The translations under genes were made by a program, and so were the position numbers. The notes beneath the pieces were generated by a model. It made no database searches. It was not told the origin of the DNA and saw only the letters and a program-made list of their open reading frames with translations. A DNA stretch of 63,311 nucleotides, counting the filler, from Pelomyxa schiedti (lineage: Eukaryota > Protista > Evosea), in assembly GCA_020536535.1 (NCBI GenBank). It is 6 parts of 6 records of this genome, joined end to end, with 100 filler letters (N's around TTAATTAATTAA, not from the genome) between each part and the next. Parts side by side here need not be neighbours in the genome. Positions count along the whole stretch, not along the records: positions 1 to 11,711 come from JAHLWZ010000687.1; 5 more parts are not named here. One strand, written 5' to 3'. Shown piece by piece: positions 1 through 10,562 of the stretch (the stretch's first letter is position 1; every line of letters begins with the position of its first letter).

Positions 1-621
1 GCTGTGACTCACGAAGTGGATTGGGTTCTATTCGACAAGTCGGCAGTGAATGAGGTTGTTGCCGTGGTGAGGAATCGCTGGGAAGATGAGAAACATGTGT
101 TTGTGGTGATTGATGTTGAGAGGTCATTCTGTTCCCAGTCATTGTGTGTGTTGAGTGAAACGAGCGTGGAGTTGGAAGAAAGGGACCTCAGGAGCATTTT
201 GATGTACAGAAAAGCCGGTTGCAGGTGTTTCATTGGGAGAGCGACAGCCATGCTGGGGACAACACCTTATTGTGTTCAGTTTTCGGAAGACAACCCCGAG
301 GTGATAGTTCTGCCACAGACACAGAACGTGAAGACAGTCTCCCAATTGAGTTCACATCTGTTTGCTGTTGTGACCAACACCACAAATTGGCTGTGTGACA
401 TCTGGGACTGCAACGAATTGACGGGGCCCCTCGTGAGAGTCCAGAACCCCAGTGGGCACATCAGTGTCCACACAGAAGCCGAGGCTGGGTTGGTGTTTTC
501 ACTTGGGGATGACGAATTGATTGTGGTGGAACCACTCACAGGCTGCACTGTTCTCAGTGTCACTCTCCCTTCTTCTAAAGGGCACCCCTATGAACTTGCT
601 CGTCCTTTCTGTTTTCCTTGA
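1..621 (+). CDS. 5'-truncated member of expanded lineage-specific 'WDCN' family (copy 1 of tandem triplet)
   Basis: Intronless ORF running off the window start; VVIDVERSF, CDIWDCN and C-terminal FCFP* motifs shared with 2075-3289. Confidence 0.75.
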   Translation, partial: AVTHEVDWVLFDKSAVNEVVAVVRNRWEDEKHVFVVIDVERSFCSQSLCVLSETSVELEERDLRSILMYRKAGCRCFIGRATAMLGTTPYCVQFSEDNPEVIVLPQTQNVKTVSQLSSHLFAVVTNTTNWLCDIWDCNELTGPLVRVQNPSGHISVHTEAEAGLVFSLGDDELIVVEPLTGCTVLSVTLPSSKGHPYELARPFCFP

Positions 622-888
622 TTCCCTTTTACTTCGACGAAGGAACGATGGTCACTTTGAGGGTGATTTTGAAAACTATTCTAAAACTCCTTTCCACATC
701 CCTTCGGTCACACCACCAACGTGATTCTCCTAACTCTGAAGGTTCGGAGAAACATTCCAACAGAACCTGTCAGATCAGCGCTTGTCCCCCCCATGTGGAG
801 CACACCCCCCCCTCGAATTTACTTTCTTATGCAAGGCAGGGGCCATTTTTTTTTTTTGATGTACAGTTTTCTTCCATAGTCCACGACG

Positions 889-1962
889 ATGACGACCCCG
901 AACGAACCAATACCATGGCCTCATGCAACACTCCGAGCCATCGACCAATTTGTTTCGCTGTGCTTTGTGTCGCACCCAAGGTGCGGTTGGTCTCGTTCCT
1001 CCTCGGCCCACAATCAACTCGCGTCGTCGTCATCATCGTCAGAGGCAATAAACGCGGTGAGGTTGGTGTGGGAGCTGGTCAAGCACACTCGCCGACAGTT
1101 CGCCGTCGGGCCCTGCATTCCTTCACGTTATCTTTACTTGCTGCTCATGTTCGATGTGTCACCACTTGTTCTGGGAATCCTCGAGGAGCATCGTGCCGTC
1201 GGAACGCGTTCTTGTGCACGCCGTGAATCGCGAGTGGTTTGTGGCGAGCGGACATGAAAGCGATGAGTGGGAAGGAAACAGGCTGAGAGTCTCAATTGGG
1301 AGGCTGGCTGACAGGAAACCTGGTGTCACATCTGTTGCTGTAAGGATTGGTTACTCTGCCAGCGGTAACAAAGTAGATGCGATCTTCAACAAGTTGGTGG
1401 TGAATGAACTTGTTGTTGCAGTGAAGGATTGCAGGATGCCAGAGAAATGTGTGTTTTTGGTGATTGATGTTGAGAGGTCATTCAGTTCTCAGGCAATGTG
1501 TGTGTTGAGTGAAACAAGCATCAAGTTGGATAAAGGAGGTTACATTGTGGGCCACTCCTTCATTATTCTACTGCAAAGAGCGTCCTCCAGGTGTTTCATT
1601 GGGATAGCCAGGCTGGGGACAACACCTTATTGTGTACAGTTCTCAGAAGACGACCCCAAAGTGATATTTCTGCCACAAACAAAGAATGTGAAGACAGTCT
1701 CCCGATTGAGTTCACATCTGTTTGCTGTTGTGACCAACACCACAAATTGGCTGTGTGACATCTGGGACTGCAACGAATTGACGGGGCCCCTCGTGAGAGT
1801 CCGAAACCCCACACAGAAGCCGAGGCCGGGTTGGTGTTTTCGCTTGGTGGTGACGAACTGATAGTGGTGGAACCACTCACAGGCTGCAATGTGCTCAGTG
1901 TCACTCTCCCTTCTTCTGAAGGGCGCCGCTATGAACTTGCTCATCCTTTCTGTTTTCCTTGA
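889..1962 (+). pseudogene. Frameshifted WDCN-family copy 2
   Basis: N-terminal TLRAIDQFVSLCFVSHPRCG (ORF 889-1257) shifts into HAVNREWFV...WDCN (ORF 1154-1861). A 19-nt deletion near 1810 relative to copy 1 (agtgggcacatcagtgtcc missing) shifts the FCFP* tail (TGA 1960-1962) out of frame. Confidence 0.7.
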
Positions 1963-2074
1963 TTCCCTAAGTTTGTAACGATGTGCATTTCGCCAGAGTT
2001 GTTCGAACAAGAAGTACTTCTTGTACTACTTTCCTTCGCGGCACTGGTTCCAACAACACCGAACCAGTTTGGTG

Positions 2075-3289
2075 ATGGCTTCGACGAAAGACAGACCGCG
2101 GGCTCATGGGACACTTCGAGCCATCGATCAATTTGTTGCGCTGTGCGTTGTGTCGCACCCAAGGTGCGGTTGGTCTAGTTCCTCGTCTTCATCGTCCCAC
2201 AATCAAATCGCACCACCATCGTCGTCCGAGGCTAGAAATGCAGTGAGGTTGGTGTGGGAGTTTGTCATGGACACTCGCCGACGGTTTGCAGTCGGGCCGT
2301 ATTGCCTTACCGAGGGTATTTACTGGCTGATCAAGTTTGCTGTGTCACCGCTTGTTATGGGAATCATCGGCGATGGTCCGGTGGTCACATTTTACGACTG
2401 GAGGGCAAAGCATTGGAGAGAGGGGTGTGCATCAGAGTGGGTCGTGTTGCATGACTTGGCAACTGGCGACGAGCTGTCACTCCTGCCAAGGGTTCTGGGC
2501 CCGCAAAAAAGCAATCCCGTGCACGCGGTGAATCACGTGTGGTTTGTGGCGGGTGGATTTGGAAGCGATTTCGAGGAAGGAAAGATGCTGGGGGTGTCAA
2601 TTGGGAGGCTGGCGGACAGGGATCCTGGTGCCACGTCTGTTGTTGTCAGCCTTGGTTACCCTGCTGTGACTCACGAAGTGGATGGGGTATTCTTCAATCG
2701 GTCGGCGGTGAATGAGGTTGTTGCTGTGGTGAAGAATCGGAATTCACAGGGGAAATGTGTGTTTGTGGTGATTGATGTTGAGAGATCATTCAGTTCCCAG
2801 TCTCTGTGTGTGTTGAGTGAAACAAGTGTCGAGTTGGATGGAGGGTGTTACATCCTGAGCTATTCCGTTATTCTGCTGTATGGAGCCTGTTCAAGGAGTT
2901 TCTTTGCCAAGGCGGTGATCAGTTACAGGTTTCACTGCATCCAGTTTTCAGAGAGTTGTGGTTCTGCCGCAAACTCCCAGGTGGTGGTTCTGCCGCAAAC
3001 AATGAACGCAAAGAGAGTGTCACCATTGACTTCACATCTGTTTGCTATTACGCATTTTCTAAGAGGCACAAACTTTCTGTGTGACATCTGGGACTGCAAC
3101 ATATTGACAGGGCCACTTGCGAGAGTTCAACAACCACTTCATCACATCGAAGTGGATTCAGGGCTTTTGTTTTCCCTTTACGGCAATGAAGTGATGGTGA
3201 TGGAACCACTCACAGGGTTCATTGTGTTCCGTGTCACTCTCCCATCGACACCATGCAATGAGCTTGAGTATGCCTTCTGTTTTCCTTGA
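2075..3289 (+). CDS. Intact WDCN-family protein (copy 3)
   Basis: Single ORF with RAIDQFVALCVVSHPRCG, HAVN, DVERSF, WDCN, FCFP*; start placed at the ATG of MASTKD by analogy with copy 2. Confidence 0.8.
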   Translation: MASTKDRPRAHGTLRAIDQFVALCVVSHPRCGWSSSSSSSSHNQIAPPSSSEARNAVRLVWEFVMDTRRRFAVGPYCLTEGIYWLIKFAVSPLVMGIIGDGPVVTFYDWRAKHWREGCASEWVVLHDLATGDELSLLPRVLGPQKSNPVHAVNHVWFVAGGFGSDFEEGKMLGVSIGRLADRDPGATSVVVSLGYPAVTHEVDGVFFNRSAVNEVVAVVKNRNSQGKCVFVVIDVERSFSSQSLCVLSETSVELDGGCYILSYSVILLYGACSRSFFAKAVISYRFHCIQFSESCGSAANSQVVVLPQTMNAKRVSPLTSHLFAITHFLRGTNFLCDIWDCNILTGPLARVQQPLHHIEVDSGLLFSLYGNEVMVMEPLTGFIVFRVTLPSTPCNELEYAFCFP

Positions 3290-3726
3290 ATCCTTGGTGT
3301 TGATAATTAAAAAAGGCTGAGAGAGTAGACTGGGATGTTGTGGGCTGCATAGTGTTGTTGTCCTCATGTGTGTTAGAATGTTTATATCACAACTTTGTCT
3401 TAACTATTTACACGATAGAGCAGTCGCATCAAAAAGTGCGACTAAATTAAGAAAACAGCTTAGACATGGAGTTGGGGTGTGCCTGAAGTGTGGTGGGCTT
3501 TCTGTTTGTCAGCTGCTTTTCCGAAACCTTTCCCGCTTTTTGCTCCGCATGCGGACTCTTTTTACTCCTTCTGTACTGTCTCAGTGTGATTTGGGTCTCC
3601 CTCCGGATGTGGGTTCTGAGACGGCCTACAACACTGTTTACCTGTTTCTTGGTCATCCTGCAGTACCCTTTCAAAAAGGAAGGAAGGCGTAACGTCGTCT
3701 TCTTGAAAACCATTACCACTTTGTCA

Positions 3727-6700
3727 ATGTCACGCAACGGGCCACGCGTGGGATCCGTCGACTGGTTCGTTGCCGCGTATGATGGCGACACCGACGCACT
3801 GCGGCGTATGCTGGCCGCCGACCGCGACCTACTAAACTCTGTAAACGACCGACGAGAACGAGTGGTGTGAATGCGGCACCTCCTTTTTTTTTCACCCGAT
3901 AATAATTCGTTTTGTGCGGGGCGCACGCACGCACACACACAGACAGCGTTGCATGTAGCCACGTGGGTACGGGCACCACAGTGCGTCGAGTTCCTGTTGT
4001 CAATGAATGTCGATGTCAATTCTCAGGTATAAGGGCTGGTACTCACGCACTCACTCACTCTCACTTCACAGATTGTGTGTACTATCCTGATCACGTTTTC
4101 ATTCCCTTTCCTCTAAAAAGTAAATCCAGGGGGTTTCTGTACGTACTGCCATACTCTCAATCCTTTTTATTGCGTTTATGCATCAATTTCTGACTTACTG
4201 CAATTTATCTCTCTTTGCTCTGTGGCATATTTAGATTGTGTGTAACAGCTCCCAACCATTTTCATTGTGTTTATTCATCAACTTATGACTTTGCTTATCT
4301 CTCATTGCTTTGCTCTGGGCATGTTTAGCTTGTGTGTAACAGCTCCCAACCCTTTTTATTGCGTTTATTCATCAATTTCTGACTTGTTTCAATTTATCTC
4401 TCTTTACTTCTCTCTGTGATAAACTCAGGGAGTGTGTAACAGCTCCCAACCCTTTTTATTCTGTTTATTCATCAATTTTGACTTGTTTCAATTTATCTCT
4501 CATTGCTTTGCTCTGTGGCATGTTTAGTATGTGTGTAACAGCTCCCAACCCTTTTTATTGTGTTTATTCATCAATTTCTGACTTTGCTTCAATTTATCTC
4601 TCATTTCTTCACTCTGGCATGGATAGCTTGTGTGTAACAGCTCCCAACCCTTTTTATTGCGTTTATGACTTTGCTTCAATTTATCTCTCATTGTTTCGCT
4701 CTGTGGCATGTTTAGTATGTGTGTAACAGCTCCCAACCCTTTTTATTGCGTTTATTCATCAATTTATGACTTTGCTTCAATTTATCTCTCAATCTTTCGC
4801 TCTGTGGCATGTTTAGGATGTGTGTAACAGCTTCCAACCCTTTTTATTGTGTTTATTCATCAATTTATTACTTTGCTTCAATTTATCTCTCATTTCTTCA
4901 CTCTGTGGCATGTTTAGATTGTGTGTAACAGCTTCCAACCCTTTTTATTGCGTTTATGACTTTCTTCAATTTATCTCTCTTCACTTCTCTCTGTGATACA
5001 CTCAGAGAGTGTGTAACAGCTCCCAACCCTTTTTATTGCCTTTATTCATCAATTTATGACTTTGCTTCGATTTATCTCTCTTTGCTTCACTCTGTGGCAT
5101 GTTTAGCATGTGTGTAACAGCTTCCAACCCTTTTTATTGTGTTTATTCATCAATTTATGACTTTGCTTCAATTTATCTCTCATTGCTTCGCTCTGTGGCA
5201 TGTTTAGGATGTGTGTAACAGCTCCCAACCCTTTTTATTGCCTTTATTCATCAATTTCTGACTTGTTTCAATTTATCTCTCATTGCTTCACTCTGTGGCA
5301 TGTTTAGCATGTGTGTAACAGCTCCCAACCCTTTTTATTGCGTTTCTGACTTTGCTTCAATTTATCTCTCTTCACTTCTCTCTGTGATAAACTCAGAGAG
5401 TGTGTAACAGCTCCCAACCCTTTTTATTGCGTTTATTCATCAATTTCTGACTTTGCTTCGATTTATCTCTCTTTGCTCTGTGGCATGTTTAGCCTGTGTG
5501 TAACAGCTCCCAACCCTTTTTATTGCGTTTATTCATCAATTTATTACCTGTATCCATTTATCTCTCATTTCTTCACTCTGTGGCATGTTTAGATTGTGTG
5601 TAACAGCTCCCAACCCTTTTTATTGCGTTTATTCATCAATTTCTGACTTTGCTTCAATTTATCTTTCATTGCTTAACTCTGTGGCATGTTTAGCCTGTGT
5701 GTAACAGCTTCCAACCCTTTTTATTGTGTTTATTCATCAATTTATTACTTTGCTTCAATTTATCTCTCATTTCTTCACTCTGTGGCATGTTTAGATTGTG
5801 TGTAACAGCTCCCAACCCTTTTTATTGCGTTTATGACTTTCTTCAATTTATCTCTCTTCACTTCTCTCTGTGATAAACTCAGAGAGTGTGTAACAGCTCC
5901 CAACCCTTTTTATTGCGTTTATACATCAATTTCTGACTTTGCTTCGATTTATCTCTCATTGCTTCACTCTGTGGCATGTTTAGCATGTGTGTAACAGCTT
6001 CCAACCCTTTTTATTGTGTTTATTCATCAATTTATGACTTTGCTTCGCTCTGTGGCATGTTTAGACTGTGTGTAACAGCTCCCAACCCTTTTTATTGCGT
6101 TTATTCATCAATTTCTGACTCACTTCAATTTATCTCTCATTTCTTCACTCTGTGGCATGGATAGCTTGTGTGTAACAGCTCCCAACCCTTTTTATTGTGT
6201 TTATTCATCAATTTCTGACTTTGCTTCTATTTATCTTTCATTTCTTCACTCTGTGGCATGTTTAGGATGTGTGTAACAGCTCCCAACCCTTTTTATTGCG
6301 TTTATTCATCAATTTATTACCTGTATCCATTTATCTCTCATTGCTTCACTCTGTGGCATGTTTAGACTGTGTGTAACAGCTCCCAACCCTTTTTATTGCC
6401 TTTATTCATCAATTTCTGACTTTGCTTCAATTTATCTCTCATTGCTTCACTCTGTGGCATGTTTAGATGGTGTGTAACAGCTCCCAACCCTTTTTATTGT
6501 GTTTATTCGTCAATTTCTGACTTTCTTCAATTTATCTCTGTAACACTTTATATCATTTTTCTACCTGTTGTTGGACAATTGGATCCTTTTATTACCATAA
6601 GGGAGTAAGTACACACTCCCTGGCAGCTTTTTGTTCTAACTTTCCGCGATTTTTCTGTTATTTTGTACTGCTGCAGATTGTATGAACTCCTTGAATCTTT

Positions 6701-9700
6701 ACTGTGCTTACCTTCTTATTTTTCAGGAGGTACAACTTCTTTTTTCTTGCTCTTGTGGTGTCACTCATATATTTTTTGGGGGGTATCTCTTTCAAATTGA
6801 AAGGGTGATGTACGTACCCACCCCCCAATATCCTTTGTTTTCTTTCCTTTAATTGATGCTTGACACAAAACTTAATTTTCCTCTCCCTCTCTCAGACTGC
6901 GCTTCATCTTGCCTGCAGAGAAGGAAACGTTGCAATTGTGAAACAACTTCTGTCTTGTGTGGGTATTGGCACTCACATCAAGGTTGTTTCCCCCCTATTT
7001 GATTGAAATTACTGTTGATTTTCCTGTTGGCACAGAACAAGGAGGGAAAAACAGCACTTGAGAGCTCGAAAAATGATCAAGTGAGTGAAGTGTTCCAAGT
7101 CATGTGGCCAGCCACAACATCAACAGCAACGCAGGCAGTCACTTCTCCCAAAACAGCCCAACCACAACAATCACATCCAAGACCACCCTCTGCTCCAAAC
7201 AAGCCATCACCATCATCCACCCCACCAAAACCACAACCACCACCAACTGCAACTGTGGGGGCAACAGCAAGACCAACCACAACAATGGCGACCAGCAAAG
7301 TGCTCCCCAAAGCTCTTGACATCAACAACAACGTCAAGAAACAAGAGAGAGACTGCTGGCAAATCGAGGCAAAGCAGCTGAAGAGTTTAGTGAAAAACCC
7401 CTTCCTCAAATGAAAATTGCAAACGCACTTTGTGTTCAAAAGATGAGATCATGGAACTGAAGGGAAGAATCACACAATTGGAGGAAGAAAACACAAAGAA
7501 CCTGAATCTTCTCCATGAAGAAAGAAAACAACATGCGACCGCTCAAGAAAGAATTAAAGAAATGAAACGAATCTATGAAGAAAGAGAAACAGACAACCAA
7601 CAAAGATTTCGTGAGCTTCAACAACAATGTTTGTGCTCCCCTTTCCTCCTTCCTTCTCCTTTCAGATCTTCTTTTTTGCGTTTCTCATTATCTCATGTGG
7701 TGCACATCATCAAGGGAAACATAATTCAGAGGTGTGTGTTGTTGTTGTTGTTGTTTGTTTGCCTTGATGTTGACAATAACAATAATAATCTCTTACTTAA
7801 CAACATGCATCCACACAGATGGAGCTCCAAAGGTTGCAAGAAAAAACCGTGTCCGACATGACTGCAAAGAACAAGGGTTTGACACACCTTCCTCCAGTTG
7901 AGCTCATCATTGGCTCCCTCCTCATTGAGGGGTTTTTTTCCAAAAACAGAACTCATGGGACTGGAGGCACACATAACAACATTGGAGGAAGAAAGTGCAA
8001 ATAACCTGAAAATGTTTTGTGACGAGAGAGAATCTGACCAACAAAGATTTCAAGATCTCCAACGCTGTCTGTGCTTGCTGCCCACTCCACACTCCATCCC
8101 CTCCTTTTTTTTCTCAACCCTCAATCACACCCCCATACACACAACATACATGCAGCATATAATAACGCGGCACCACACCAACAATTCTAATTCTGTCAAT
8201 ACAGACACAAATCATGTGATGTCACATATTGAACAAGGAGAAGGCATGTGGCGCAACATTCTCCCTCCTGAAAACAATAAGACCAACAACGGCTGCAAGC
8301 GGTCGCAACTCAGGATCGCGTTTGAGCACCTTCCCTCTTTTGATGAAATTGTGTGTGGATCCTGTCCCCTTCAAATGGTGCTTTCCTCTCTTGAAGCTCC
8401 CCCTTTTCTTCTTTTCTTTTTTAAGCTTCCCCCACTCCCTTTTTTTCTCCATCAAAAAAGATTGTGAAGCTTATCGTTTCAAAGAAGTTTGGAGTTGAAC
8501 CAACACAACAAGTGCTTTTCACTGGTGGTTCAGAAAATAACAACTCTGAGGAACTGCTGCCGACCGATTCATCCATGACCTTGGATGACATTCAACAACG
8601 ACAGCAACAACAAATCAGCGGCAGCGGTAGTAGCAGCAGAAACAGATCTGTGGTTCAAATCAAGGTTCGAATCAAATCAACCATGTCAATCCAAGAGAAA
8701 GACCTGAAAGTTGTTTCCACACTTGGAGTTGGAGCCTATGGAACTGTTTTCAAGTGCACCTTCCATGATGATCACAACGCGATGACCACTTCCTCCTCCT
8801 CATCATCGTCATCCTCATCAGAAAGAACACCAACGTTTGTGGCAATTAAAGCACTTCACGAAGCCATCAAGTCTGAGTTCAACATCACCAGGTTTCAGCA
8901 GGAAGCTCTGGTGAGTGTCCGATGGAGTTTTGCCATTGCATTCTAACAATCCATCAACTCAACAGGTTTCGTCAAGCTTAAGGCACCCAAACATTGTGAG
9001 ATGCCTTGGAACTTGCGTCACGAGCACAGGGTCACTCTGGATTGTGTCTGAACTCATGGAAATGAGTCTCAGGCAGCTCCTTCAACAGGTTGGTTTTTGG
9101 CAACCTCTTCCTCCCACTTGTTTTTGGTTGGACTCACTCAAATTGTAAATATGAATCTATATATACATACATACCCAACCACACAATTATTAGAAAGATT
9201 TGACATTCATGGAAGTTGTGGCAGTCTCTTCTGGAATTGCTAAAGGAATGACTGCACTTCACAGGTTTCATTTAATTTCAGTTCTTCTTGCCACTCTTTT
9301 AAAAATAATATCATTTTACATTGATTGGCTTAAAAACAAAAAAAAAAATGCAATCATAAAAAACACAGGAGGAAGTACATGCATCGGGACCTTAGCAGCA
9401 ACAATGTTCTCCTTGATTCTTGTGGAACTCCAAAAATAACTGACTTTGGTACTTTCTTTCACACACATGCCTCAACGCACTTGACTCAATCCCAACTGAA
9501 TATTAAGGAGTATCAAGAGCCCTCCAGCAGCACCAAATCGACCGCGGGAGTAAACCAGCTCCGATTGGGAGTTTTACAAATGGGGCTGGAACACCAATTT
9601 ACTTGCCACCACAGATGCACACTGGGCACTACGGAATTCAAGGTATTTTGGATTGTTGTGTTCATCCTGTTGATTTAGTTTTCACTCAACACCATCTAAT

Positions 9701-10417
9701 TCTGCGCCACACATAAACAAACACATTCAAAAGGAGACATGTGGGAGTTTGCAGTTTTGTTGAGTGAACTTCTTCAACGCGAAGTTCCACCAGTCAAGAT
9801 GCCAAAGACCGGCGCCCAAGTGATAGAATTTATGAGGGTCCAGCGGGCATCACTCTCAGCCCCGGAAATTGCCGGTTGACAACAAAAAAAGCCAAAAACT
9901 CTCTGCGTCACCTAACGCGCACACACACAGAAGTGGACCGGATTTGTGATGACGTTGGAGATTATCCCGTTGTGGAGTGCCTCAGCCGGAAGATCGCAAT
10001 AATTTCCGCGTTGCGCTCTGAGCCCAAGATGAACAACAACGTGCACCGTGCGTGTGCTGGTCTGTTCCGTCTCGTTGTTGAATCCTGCCTCTCGATCCTC
10101 GGTTCGTTTTTCCCTTCCTCGTTCCGTCCCTCACCTCGCCACTCACGCCGACTCCCACGCACACACGCGCAGAGATTGATCGGCCGTCATTCCCGGCAAT
10201 CGACAAAGTGTTGATGACGTGCGCCGAGATCGTGTTCACAAATTCCGGACCTGACCTATCAACAACAACAAGCACTGTTAACAACAACAACAACAATGCT
10301 CCCACAGCCGACGACGACGTTACCGGACACATCAGCAGATGCCTCGCCAACATCGCGGCAACGTTCCCTGGCCACCGCAATCACACAGAACCAACAACTG
10401 CCACGTCTTCCTCTTGA
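3727..10417 (+). CDS. Multi-exon ankyrin-repeat / Pro-Thr linker / coiled-coil / ubiquitin-like / TKL-type protein kinase
   Basis: Exon 3727-~3864 (WFVAAYDGDTDALRRML); exon 3943-4026 (TALHVATW..VDVNSQ); microexons; exon 6896-6982 (TALHLACREGNVAIVKQLL); exon from 7036 (NKEGKTALE). Kinase motifs in successive exons: LGVGAYGTV, VAIK, HPNIV, HRDLSSNN, DFG, GTPIYLPPQ, DMWEF. Stop TGA 10415-10417. Central exon joins are approximate. Confidence 0.85.
4150..6540 (+). repeat. Tandem array of 24 units (81-101 bp), each an intron-like sequence plus a 3-nt variable candidate microexon
   Basis: Unit consensus gtgtgtaacagctcccaaccctttttattgcgtttattcatcaatttctgactttgcttcaatttatctctcattgcttcactctgtggcatgtttag|NNN; AG and GTGTGTAACAG invariant in all 24, NNN variable. 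Confidence 0.95.
6804..6809 (+). other. 6-nt microexon GGTGAT (Gly-Asp) completing ankyrin G-x-TALH
   Basis: ttgaaag|GGTGAT|gtacgt; phase 0; supplies the consensus G-x immediately before TALH at 6896. Confidence 0.75.
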
Positions 10418-10562
10418 GCGCGGACCCAATGAACACTCACCCATTTCATGATCATTTTCACCTAACAACATCACTTTTTCCCTTTACATTTACTGAATTG
10501 ATGCCGTGGTAACTTTCGACGAGTCAGACTCACGTTCAGCCTCAAGCCTGAATTGGGAGTGA

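Noticed and set aside
4150-6540. CRISPR array or inert satellite interpretation of the ~100-bp repeat
   Set aside because: Eukaryotic intronic context, no cas genes, and the variable part is only 3 nt bounded by invariant AG/GT. The short ORFs called across it (MFSMCVTAPNPF) are by-products of the repeat.
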